Positions 52,938 to 64,000 of a stretch of DNA of 64,000 nucleotides are shown piece after piece (the stretch's first letter is position 1; each line of letters starts with the position of its first letter). This DNA is from Octopus vulgaris (lineage: Eukaryota), in assembly GCA_951406725.2 (NCBI GenBank), contig OX597828.1, positions 59,086,001 to 59,150,000 on the forward strand, in the 5' to 3' direction. Position numbers and translations under genes: made by a program. The notes beneath the pieces were generated by a model. That model was given only the letters and a program-made list of their open reading frames with translations, did no database searches and was not told the origin of the DNA.

Positions 52938-53835
52938 TAAATAAGTAAATCTGGTGTGGCTGTGTGGTAACAAGTTTTCTTCCCAACCACAAGGATCTGT
53001 GTTCAGTCTCACCTTGTGGCATCTTGGGCAAGTGTCTTCTATTGTAACCTTAGGCCAACCAAAGCCTTGTGAGTGGATTTGCTCTGTGTGTGCATGCGTG
53101 TGTGTGAGCAAGTGAGCAAATTTCTATCCTTGTGATCAGAACTTCTTTTATGATAGGTCTAAGTGACCTGAGTTCACCTCAGTCAGGCCTTGGATAACAA
53201 CTACTGTAGAACTTCTGTGTGAAAGATCAATCTGCTAAATATAGCCATCAAAACTCATAAATCACTCACTACTTCTTTCAAAGGTGGCGGGTGATACCTT
53301 AGTAAATTCACAAAACCAAGTGTTTAGCTGTCATGAAGGGCTTATTCAAACCAGAAATAATCAACCAAATTTCTCTTAAACTAGACATTGAACTGTATCA
53401 AATATGAAGCATACATTAGAGTAATTAGCCTATGTTATATGCAAAAGATAGATGAAAGACCTTATGCCGCAAGACATATCCTTCTATCAAATGATAGTTA
53501 TATATCAAAACTTCCATGCTTCCTAAAATCTGCCAACAGTACACCTGATGGCTTGATTTTTCTTAGATGTTGTACACCTGAGCACTGTATACAGTAATTC
53601 CCCACCATATCATGGTTCACATATCACGCAATCAGTACATTGTGGCTCACCTATTGTGCACTCAGTACATCGCAGATTTTTCTGGCTAATATATGTAAAT
53701 TTATATTGCGGATTCCCCAGTATATTACTGGTTTCTGAGGCTGATAGGTATTTTATATATTTTTAGATTTTATTGTCTTTTTTGTTTCTTGAAGTTAATT
53801 TATTTGATGTGATTCTTGTTCTTGGGTTGACAATA

Positions 53836-53943
53836 TTTACAGCACTTAGGTTTCTCAAGCAGTCATCCACCTAAGTGCTAATGAGGCCCGACACAGCTTA
53901 ACTTTGGTAATCAGACAAAATCTGGTGTTTCCAACATGATATG

Positions 53944-53948
<5 letters not shown>
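53836..53948 (-). pseudogene. Decayed 5S rRNA copy (5S pseudogene or SINE3 head)
   Basis: Reverse complement ATGGCCATATCATGTTGGAAACACCAGATTTTGTCTGATTACCAAAGTTAAGC..GTCGGGCC..TTAGCACTTAGGTGGATGACTGCTTGAGAAACCTAAGTGCTGTA is colinear with the invertebrate 5S rRNA consensus, mostly transition changes. Confidence 0.85.
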
Positions 53949-53987
<39 letters not shown>

Positions 53988-54020
53988 TGCACACACACAC
54001 ATATACATAATCATCATTAT

Positions 54021-54073
<53 letters not shown>

Positions 54074-54360
54074 TACACATATGTACATATACATACATGC
54101 ACACATTCACACACATACTTAGGTATACATATGTATAAACACCCAAGCATCTATTGAAGTGTTAAGGTTACATTATATGGGTGTGTGCATGTGTGTATAT
54201 CTACATACACACACATGCATACGTGCATGTACATATATATATGTATTCATAGGTACAGGCTAATGTAGCCTCCATCTGTGCACATACACACACAAACAAA
54301 CACGTACATATATGTACAGCCATCCTTCCATCCATGCATGTATATATCCATCCATCTATC

Positions 54361-54396
<36 letters not shown>

Positions 54397-55180
54397 CATA
54401 CATGTACATACAAAAGCTGTTACTTCTCTGTTGCTATTCCCAGTAGCTGCTGGCCAGCCAGCACTATTATTAATAATGTTATTGTTACTGCTACTGACTG
54501 CCTCCTACAGAGTGGCTACATTACACACATTGTAACATTGTACACTAATTGACCATAAGGAGAGTCGTTAACTAAGGAAATAGACTTGCTCCACATTATT
54601 AATTGTTTCTTACTTTCACTTTGAAATTACACAGTTTACGTTATCTGAAGAAGGAGTGTTATTGCTTGTTGCTGTTGTAGGTGGATATTGTCTTTTCAAA
54701 TTGTTAATAAGGACATTGTTTTAAAAAGTAGTGATTTTTGTACCCCATGTAATGATAGGACCTGAATGTGGGGTCGTTGGATCAGAAATGTTAAAGAAAT
54801 GGATAACTTTTTACTCTATCACTTTTCCACAGTATTTGTTCATTTAATATTACTTTTGATTTTGTTGTCTTGTGTTGCATCTGTGTAATTATTGTATATA
54901 TAAATGCAAGTGTTTGTTTATCTAAACCATTGTTTGTTTATTTATACCAGTGTTTGTGTACTGATATACATACATATATGATTTGTTTATCGTGATCAAA
55001 TACATGTGTTGTACATTAGCTGACTCTCTTCCTCCATCAAAATCAATGTTACCTGAACAGGTGCACAGCGCACCACCTGTCAGGTGTTGAAGTGATTGCA
55101 GAGCAACTCGAAATGAAATGTTAGGCAAAAGTTGAACACTCAAACATCATTTTTGTTGGGAGAGTCCATCATATATATAT

Positions 55181-55430
55181 CAATAATAATAAAGGGTAAA
55201 ATTAATTAATTAACTAGTAATTAATATTTCCCTCAAGTAGAATTCGACATGAAAAAGGACCATTTTTTGGTAAACTTAAGCAATATTTTATAATTATGAT
55301 TCGGGTTCAGCAAAGATTTGCTTTACCACATACCGAAGTTTTAGATTCTTTGGCTGCTATTTCTAAACTTCGGTATGTGGTAAAGCAAATCTTTGCTGAA
55401 TGCTAATTATAATTATACTCGTAATTATAA

Positions 55431-55436
<6 letters not shown>
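55181..55436. repeat. (TA)n-embedded fold-back element related to the 59392-60564 family
   Basis: Arms 55306-55345 / 55362-55400. Shares GTAGAATTCG, CATACCGAA and (inverted) TAGAAATAGCAG.CAA motifs with 59817-60020. Confidence 0.65.
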
Positions 55437-55469
<33 letters not shown>

Positions 55470-57281
55470 TATATGTGTATATGTTTGTGTGTATGTATGT
55501 TTGTATGTGTCACTATTCTAGCCTAGCACTGTAATTTCTGTCAGGGACACATTGTACTTCTGCCCATTACTCTCCAACAAGAATCATCTTAGTGATTTTA
55601 CTTTGCATATGATTTCAACGTCTGCCGGTCTTAACCATTACTTCTGCTTTTATGCACAACTGAAATTCTTGCATCTATCTGCATTGTAGGCAGTAAAACC
55701 TTTTATTCTGCCAAACAAAATAAATGACTGCAGTTTTTGTTTCTATTTATTTAGGTCTGTTTGCATTTTGCCCCTTTTAAACTTGTCTTGAGATTTATAA
55801 AAAAAAAAAAGAGAAAGGGTTGAAAAATAGGAAAGAAATAAAAAGAGAAAAATTACTGGTTTAGATAAATGTTTTTGAGTTATTTGCACAAATGCTGAAA
55901 TATACATATATATTTTTTTTCAGCTCATTTATATCAGTTCATTTCTATTTAAATATTATTTAATTAAAACGATAAAAGTTTGAATTATTTTCATTTTTAC
56001 ATAAACAGCATGTGCATAAACACACATATAACCAAAATAAACACACATGCACATATGAATACACATTGTCTCTGTCTTTCTCTCTCTCACACACACAAAT
56101 TGAGATAAAAATCCAGTTTGAAATATGAAAGAGAAAAGAAACGAACTAGAAGGTATGTTACATCCAAGCTCGCAATTAAACACATTAAATGCTACATCTG
56201 TTACCTGATATTTATTGACAGGTAAAAGTAATTACTTCTATCTCACTCTCTCTTAACCGATAAGTCAACTTTCTCAATTTTCTGTTCGGAAAAATTTGTA
56301 ACACATACTTCTATAATTTCATGTCAACAGCCTTAATTAAGTTGTTAACTGTAATTGAAAGAAAATATTAAAATACAATAGAAAAGTTTATAGAAATAAA
56401 ATAATAAAAAGTAAAATGAATGAGTTTAATAAAAACAAAAAAACAGTAAGAAAACAATAGTAGTTTCTATATAAAGTGGTGAGTGCCATAGCAGGATAAT
56501 TAGGGGATAGCCTCTTGTCCTACATTCTGTGGAAAGCAACCCTAACTTTCAATAAGCCTGATATACAAGGTGTGGATTTCCACTAGCTGAACAATGAACC
56601 AGCTAACAACCAACCAGCGAGTGTCTTTAATTCTGTGGCTCATCTCTTCCTATTTCATTGGCTGCTCCTCCTGACCAACAACTGGCACTACCCAATAAAT
56701 TATGTCACCTTTATACTGAGCAACTAGTATTATTTCAGTGAAATGCCTCACCTTACACTATACCTGGATATTCTAACAAGAAAACATTTGGATAATTATT
56801 TGTTATTATTTTTCACTTGCCTTATCTGAACATTTTTGCAAAGTGGATATATTTTTTGGTTGGTGGCCTTGTATCCTTTTATTTTTACTGTTACAAATTT
56901 TTTTTTTTTAATGCATTGCATTTTTCAAAATTATTTTCATATAAAAACTATTTATCTTTCTTTCTTTTCTCCTTATTTCACAATTTTATCTCATTTTTGT
57001 TTGTCTTTTTCTTTCTTCATATTCAATTACTCTCTTATTTCTTTTTTTTCCATTTTTGTCTCTTATTTTATCTCTATTCTTTCTTTGTTTTTGTCATATT
57101 GACTATATCACTTCATCAATTTCTATTCATTGTCCGCCTGTCTTTCTCTCCACTTCTTTTCCACACTTTCTACTTCTTGGTTTATTGAGTTTTCCAAAAA
57201 CATTTAGTCAGTATTTTGAGTCACATCAACTTATGTTTTACTTGTCCACCCCAGTATTGGCTTGATATGAATCCTATACAT

Positions 57282-57649
57282 CAGTGATTCCTAATGTGGG
57301 GCATACACCCCCACAGGGGCTTGGAAAAATTATGATGGAGTGTGGGATACAAATTCTTTTCTTTTTTTTTTAGTGTGACATAGAATTATGAAAATCTTTT
57401 TTTCACCGCAAACATACCACCCCCAAACTCAGTCTAGCCAAACCAATCCCTCCAGCGAAGCATATTGTGTGAAGACTGTTTGTTACAGTATAGTGGTAGT
57501 CTAACGCTCTAGTGTGGATATTTCTTTAAGGAAAGTATATAATAATGAAATATTAAAAATAAAGTCGTTTTTTTCCAACCACCGGTGGGGCATATATTTT
57601 TCTGGAAAATTATTGTGGGGTGTTGGAGAAAATTGGTTGGAAAACACTG
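57282..57649. mobile_element. hAT-like MITE
   Basis: CAGTG...CACTG termini, imperfect 8-bp TSD ctatacat/ctgtatat. Confidence 0.5.
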
Positions 57650-59088
57650 CTGTATATCTTTTAATTACATTGTGTTCTAATCAGGTTTTAGTGTCTTTGA
57701 TGGGATCCCTTCAGAGTATTGCCCTTTGTGGAATCCCTCTCCCAGGCTGGTCTTAGCTACCAAAAATCTTGGCTGCCACTATGGGATCAAAGTAAAGGCA
57801 ATCCATATTTAGTTCACATATGTATATATATGCAATGAAAAAACAGTTCTGAGTTATGCTGATACAGTTTGAATGTGTCTAGGTAGTAGTTTTTGTTTAT
57901 TTGTGAATGAATATGTATGTATTGCTTATAGGTTTATTTGTGTTAGTTCAGATGTGACTTCTGGGGCTGCAGGGATGTTAGTGGTGTCGTTTTTGTAGTA
58001 AAAAAAATTATTTATATTAGTAATTTTAGTCGATAAAGTAGTTTGTTGTGAATGTAGTATATGTGTTGTGGATTTTGTTAGCGTTGTGAGTTGTATGTTT
58101 AATGTGAGAACACGTTTTGTTGTATAACATGTGATGTTGGTGTCCTGTTGTGGTTTGGGTTGCAGTATTTCAGATGGTTTCTAGTTGATATTTATGATGT
58201 AATTGATGCCAAGCTAATAGACGAATTTTCTAACATAGATTGCTTAATGCTTTTGTATGCTGTGAGTACTTTAACCTATTGAATCCTTCATATGCTTTCA
58301 CTTGAGTATTTTTTTATGAGTTCAGTTTATATAAGTTTAGTGGTGATTGTAAAGCTTGTAGCCTATACAAGATTGTGGTGCCAGATGGTACTCCGACTGT
58401 TTGCAAATCAATATCAAAATTCTACCTGCCTCCGTCTCCTGCATCTTTTTGTTTTGGATTTGCTCCAGCTTGGGTGGTGGTAATACTGCTTTCACAGGGC
58501 AGTGGCTGAGGAAGGAAGGATTGCTTACTAAGTTGTGGCTCATCATCATCGTTTCCAGTCTTTGTGATTTGCAGTTATCTTGTCACCAACTACCTGCATT
58601 CTGATAACTGACTTCATATGTATTTCTGTCATTAAAGGAACATGGGTGCCATCCATATCTCACATATGACACATTTTCAAGCAGTACACTTGCATTGTCA
58701 CCTCTCCTGCTTAAATTAGTTGATGTGATGGAGACTGACAGAAACCCGTTGGACATTATATATATATATATATATATATATATAGGTTTGTCTGCATGTG
58801 TGCTTGTGTGTGTGAGCACATCTGTGTGTGTGCATGTCTTTGTGCCTGTATTTGTCCCCTACTCTATGACAACTGATGTTGGTGTGTTTATGTCCTTGTA
58901 AGTTAATGGTTCAGCAAAAGAGACTGATAAACTAAGTAGCAGGTTTAAAAAAAAATATTATAAGTACTGGGGTTGATTCACTTGACTAAAAGTTTTTGAA
59001 GTTAGTGCTCCAGTATGGCCACAATCTAAAAATTGAAACAAGATATAAGAAAGAAAAAAATATATCTATATCCCACCCACTCTCTCTC

Positions 59089-59173
<85 letters not shown>

Positions 59174-59215
59174 ATTTTCCTTTTTTGTCCTCCCTTTTTG
59201 GACTTTTTTTTCTAT

Positions 59216-59250
59216 ATTTTTGACGAAGAGCTCCGCTCGAAACGTTAAAT
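59216..59250 (+). ncRNA. Minimal type I hammerhead-like motif (C3U variant or decayed) in short element 59170-59342
   Basis: ATTT-TTGACGA-AGAGCTCCGCTC-GAAA-CG-TT-AAAT, with palindromic stem III AACGTT. Confidence 0.55.
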
Positions 59251-59348
59251 CCTCTTTCTTTCCTTTCCTGACTGTCTAATAACACCGTACTTGTTCCATG
59301 TCCTCGCATTGTTGTGTTTTCTCTTTGTTCCTGTTTGGATTATCTATA

Positions 59349-59387
<39 letters not shown>

Positions 59388-59506
59388 ATATATAGCAGTC
59401 AAGAATGCTTATTTCTATCAAAGTTGGACTCCGGGCATGACAGACCCTGTAATTCACATATGCAAAACAGAAGGAATAGATAACGAATACGAAGTCTGGC
59501 GGTTAT

Positions 59507-59617
59507 CTGTGAACATCATGTTTCTGGATTATAAACATATTGAATATATATTCCATATATTTTTGATATATATTTAATATATATTGCATATATATTTCAC
59601 ATCCTTCTTCAGCACAG
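59507..59617 (-). ncRNA. Second copy of the same hammerhead-like motif
   Basis: Reverse complement of 60148-60258. Confidence 0.65.
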
Positions 59618-60147
59618 CTTTCCATTGAAAAAGATTTATCATAGATTTATCAAATGCTACGTACCTCAAACCTTCTGACCATGCGACATCAAAATATTTG
59701 AAGAAAGTGAGCAAAGGCTAAACCTACATAGACGTTTGAATTCATAAATCTTCCCTCCAAAATTTTGCCATGCGCATTACAGTTAGGTTGTCAAAGGGAG
59801 TGAAAAATCCAAATAGTAATATAATGATAAGAGTAAATAATTTCTATAAAGGCTTTTAAAAAACCCCAATTATTTACTGGTAGAATTCGGTATGTAAATA
59901 TAGCCGATTACCGGCAGGAACTTCTGTAAAGTTCAGTATATATATTGTATATAAGAAAAAGGGACAGGCAAAACAGGTTGCTTGACCGCATACCGAAAAA
60001 ATAGAAATAGCAGTCAAGAATGCTTATTTCTATCAAAGTTGGACTCCGGGCATGACAGACCCTGTAATTCACATATGCAAAACAGAAGGAATAGATAACG
60101 AATACGAAGTCTGGCGGTTATCTGTGAACATCATGTTTCTGGATTAG

Positions 60148-60258
60148 CTGTGCTGAAGAAGGATGTGAAATATATATGCAATATATATTAAATATATATC
60201 AAAAATATATGGAATATATATTCAATATGTTTATAATCCAGAAACATGATGTTCACAG
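60148..60258 (+). ncRNA. Type I hammerhead-like ribozyme with long AT-rich stem II insert
   Basis: CTGTG-CTGAAGA-AGGAT[~70 nt]ATCCA-GAAA-CATGATG-TT-CACAG. Stem I CTGTG/CACAG, stem III ACAT/ATGT, predicted GUU cleavage after 60253. Confidence 0.65.
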
Positions 60259-60564
60259 ATAACCGCCAGACTTCGTATTCGTTATCTATTCCTTCTGTTT
60301 TGCATATGTGAATTACAGGGTCTGTCATGCCCGGAGTCCAACTTTGATAGAAATAAGCATTCTTGACTGCTATTTCTATTTTTTCGGTATGCGGTCAAGC
60401 AACCTGTTTTGCCTGTCCCTTTTTCTTATATACAATATATATACTGAACTTTACAGAAGTTCCTGCCGGTAATCGGCTATATTTACATACCGAATTCTAC
60501 CAGTAAATAATTGGGGTTTTTTTAAAAGCCTTTATAGAAATTATTTACTCTTATCATTATATTA

Positions 60565-60600
<36 letters not shown>

Positions 60601-60684
60601 CTCAGAACTTTTTCTGACAAAGAACAAGTTCAAAACATCACACCCTGTCTTTTTCCTACCTTAAACCACTTTTTCTGAGTGTCA

Positions 60685-60755
<71 letters not shown>

Positions 60756-60816
60756 TACATGTAAATGTTGAATGATGAAATGAGTGCTCAACACCGCTTT
60801 GGTGAATATATAATTC

Positions 60817-61121
60817 CTTTATTTGTGAATTAAGGCTACCATTGGTTTTATGCTAAGAAAAGTAGGAAAATATCCTAGTGTCCTAATAATTTTTCAAGCT
60901 GATCACATGGAGAAACATGTTTGCCTCCATTTTGAATAACAGTCTCGCTTCATTCATTGGATTTCTCGTATACTGTTTTATTTATGCGAATTTACAAGAA
61001 ATCCTGTGAATGAAGCAACACTGTTTTCTCCATGTGATTAGCTTTGAAACATTAAGACACTAGGATGTTTTCATGTTTTTCTTAACATGAAACCAATGGT
61101 AGCCTTAATTCATAAATAAAG
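60817..61121. repeat. Diverged fold-back/MITE-like hairpin (~140-bp arms)
   Basis: CTTTATTTGTGAATTAAGGCTACCATTGGTT... is mirrored at 61080-61121. Confidence 0.7.
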
Positions 61122-61993
61122 AAAAAATATATGTACACACACACACACACAGACACACATAAACAGACACATACACACACAGACACACATGCACACACAC
61201 ACACATATATATCCGTATGTGGTCAATGCCAGCACCACCTTGACTGGCCTCTGTGCCGGTGGCACGTAAAAAGCACTAACCGATCGTGGTTGTTGCCAGC
61301 CTCCCCTGGCACCTGTGCTGGTGGCACGTAAAAAGCACCCACTACACTCCTGGAGTGGTTGGCGTTAGGAAGGGCATACAGTTGTAGAAACACTGCCAGA
61401 TCAGACTGGAGCCTGGTGCAGCCTTCTGGCTTCCCAGACCCCAGTTGAACCGTCCAACCCATGCTAGCATGGAAAACGGACGTTAAACGATGATGATGAT
61501 GATATATATAGACTGATAGATGATTATAACAGCTGTTTTAATAAACAGCCCTGTTCTCTTACCATTGAATACTGTTTTGACCTTGTCTTTGCCTATATAC
61601 ATTATGTGAATATGTGTGTGTTTCATTAAATGCGTAATTGTGTTCTAGTTTTATCTTTTACATTCTACATTTTATGCAATTTCCTATTGGTATTTTACAT
61701 CTTGTTTGGAACTATAAAGTTCCCAACTTTATTTTCACCATTTCCAAACCTTCAGAGTCTCATTTTCAAAGAATTGAATATGTTTAGCTTCTTATCTTGT
61801 CTCTTCCACCCCTAGCTCTTGCAGCCTAACACCATTTTGTCATCTCTCTCTCTCCTCCCACTGCCAGCTGTATCATTGCAATCCTGCTACTCCGCCTTTT
61901 ACACTCTCTTGATCTCCCCGCTCTTTTACCCTGTCTAATCCTTTCTACTATTCCACTTACATTCACCTTGTATCTTGTGGGTATGCCCTAGCA

Positions 61994-62639
61994 CTTCTTC
62001 TTCTTCTCCTTCTCCTTCTTCTTTTTCTTCTTCTTCTCCTTCTCCTTCTTCTTCTTCTTCTTCTTCTTCTCCTCCTTCTCCTTCTTCTTCTTCTTCTTCT
62101 CCTTCTCCTTCTTCTTCTCCTCCTCCTCCTCCTTCTTCTTCTTCTTCTCCTCCTTCTTCTTCTTCTCCTCCTCCTCCTTCTTCTTCTCCTCCTCCTTCTT
62201 CTCCTTCTTCTTCTTCTTCTTCTTCTTCTCCTCCTTCTTCTCCTCCTTCTTCTTCTTCTCCTCCTTCTTCTTCTTCTCCTCCTTCTTCTTCTTCTTCTTC
62301 TTCTTCTCCTCCTTCTCCTTCTTCTTCTTCTTCTTCTTCTTCTCCTTCTCCTTCTTCTTCTCCTCCTCCTCCTCCTTCTTCTTCTCCTCCTTCTTCTTCT
62401 TCTCCTCCTCCTCCTTCTTCTTCTCCTCCTCCTTCTTCTCCTCCTCCTTCTTCTCCTTATTCTTCTTCTTCTTCTTCTCCTCCTCCTTCTTCTTCTCCTC
62501 CTTCTTCTTCTCCTCCTTCTTCTTCTTCTCCTCCTTCTTCTTCTTCTTCTTCTTCTCCTCCTCCTCGTTCTTCTTCTTCTCCTTCTCCTCCTCCTCCTTC
62601 TTCTTCTTCTTCTTCTCCTTCTCCTTCTTCTTCTTCTCT
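61994..62639. repeat. ~645-bp (TTC/CTC)n polypyrimidine array
   Basis: Almost pure C/T on the + strand (only 2 purines seen), with an internal higher-order duplication. Confidence 0.95.
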
Positions 62640-64000
62640 ATCGATTAGCCATGTATTCTCTACAGCAAGACACCTGTTTCTGTCCTATCATAGTGTAATG
62701 TCTCATCACCTAGCATGCAGCCACTTCTTTTAATACCATTCCCCCATCTCAGTCGAGGGGGTCTTTGCCAGGCAAGTTATTTGGTGACCTTGTCAGTGCA
62801 GGTTCCACATAAAAAACATCCTCTGTACATTCTGGGCAGTGGTTGCTATTAGGAAGAGCATCCAGCTGTAGAGACCGTGCCAAAGCCAACACTAGGGCTT
62901 GGTCCTGTCCTCTAGCCCACCATCTCTTTTTAAACTGTCCAACCTATTCCAGCATGGAAAACAGACGTGAAATAATGATGATGATGACAATGATGGTGAT
63001 GATGATGATGGCCTTTGATGTCTGTGTGTTGTTTGCATGGTTATTTTAACATTGTATAGCAATATTGGTATGGCCTCCATGGCTGATCTCCAATTTCTCT
63101 GATGAATTCTACAAAGTATGTAAGTGTTATCTTCCAATATTTTGTTTTGTTGTTAATGCATGGTGAGCCTACTAAAGTGTTGTACTAGTATGTCCAAAAT
63201 AACAGTGAGAGTCCTGAAGTCTGCTATTTCCACTTCTATAATCGAATTTATGGATTACATTGGTCATTTGTAGTTATTAATAAGGAGGCTTTGATTTTGG
63301 TGTTTTGTAGTATATCATTACTTTAAGTTTGTGGTCAAGTGTAAAGCATTTTATGTTCTGTTTTATGAGGTTTTTGATTATATGTTCACCTGGTTCATAG
63401 TTTTCATGCATTTGATTTACATAATAAATTTTATGTGTGCTCTGTGTATTTTTATTAGGTGTATTCTCTAAGATATTTGTTATATTTATATTTGAATTCT
63501 TCTCTAGCTCAGTCTACAAGTCTGGTGGAATATCGCTTGTTAACTAACACTAGTTTATTCTGCAGATTTCTTTCTCTGGTGCCTTGTTTGTGGAAAAGAA
63601 TATAAGTGCTTTTCTAAGAAGTGATTTTCCCATGGGCATCTTATAGTTAGTGTATGGGTATTCATTCTCTCTCTGCAGATAATTGCATTTCTTGAATTTT
63701 CTGGTGTAAACCAATGTAGTATATTTATTACATTGGACATACTAGTACAACACTCATTCATTGGCTTACCATGCATTTACAAGAAGGAAATTGCAATACT
63801 TTATATTACGCATCACAAAACAAAGTTAAATAGAAACATACTAGAGAATAACATCTACGTACTCTACAATATTCCTTGTAGAGTCCTGAAATAAACACGC
63901 ACACAAAAGGTTCTTTCACTTTCACTCTCTCATATTCATTCACAAAGCTCTGGTTAACTCAGGCTAGAGCAAAAATTACTTGTCCAAAGTACTGGAAAGT

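Larger units (their letters stand above)
59392..60564 (-). mobile_element. Young non-autonomous Penelope-type/retrozyme-like element with direct (615-nt period) and inverted pseudo-LTRs
   Basis: 59392-59531 repeats at 60007-60146. 59817-60146 is inverted at 60234-60564 and 59532-59619 is inverted at 60146-60233. Arms are nearly identical. Flanked by (TA)n/(TATC)n and contains hammerhead motifs. Confidence 0.8.

Noticed and set aside
56200-56700. Possible promoter/first exon for the - strand small gene (TATA-like 56465-56472, CCAAT-like boxes, cag|gtaac donor near 56204)
   Set aside because: These motifs are too common in AT-rich DNA to support a call.
61975-62733. 252-aa Ser/Pro extensin-like ORF
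   Set aside because: Translation of a pyrimidine triplet repeat, non-ATG start, no codon diversity.
41000-64000. Further + strand Tudor exons
   Set aside because: Acceptor-like sites checked (e.g. 49155, 55754, 63678) lie in repeats or hit stops quickly. The next exon is probably outside the window, though a small one could be missed.

Overview
AT-rich, microsatellite- and retroposon-dense eukaryotic DNA. The repeat families look like octopus/coleoid cephalopod (inference from SINE/RTE repertoire). The + strand carries at least 8 phase-consistent exons (6207-40972, 832 codons plus 1 nt, 3' end not found in window) of a multi-Tudor-domain protein, probably piRNA-pathway and possibly Krimper-like. 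The introns hold RTE LINEs and their 3' tails, several tRNA-derived SINE families, mariner/pogo/piggyBac/hAT MITEs, a decayed Penelope GIY-YIG domain, a CRE-like endonuclease relic and a decayed 5S rRNA copy. Two things stand out. (1) A set of short non-coding, (TA)n-embedded Penelope-type elements with fold-back inverted ends and minimal type I hammerhead-ribozyme motifs, including a young 615-nt-period retrozyme-like unit whose hammerhead has a ~70-nt stem II insert. (2) A compact two-exon antisense ORF (50229-49788) encoding a 110-aa hydrophobic-segment protein ending RK-GVSERLF-G-stop, a candidate amidated-peptide precursor. Most ORFs in the supplied track are microsatellite or repeat artefacts.
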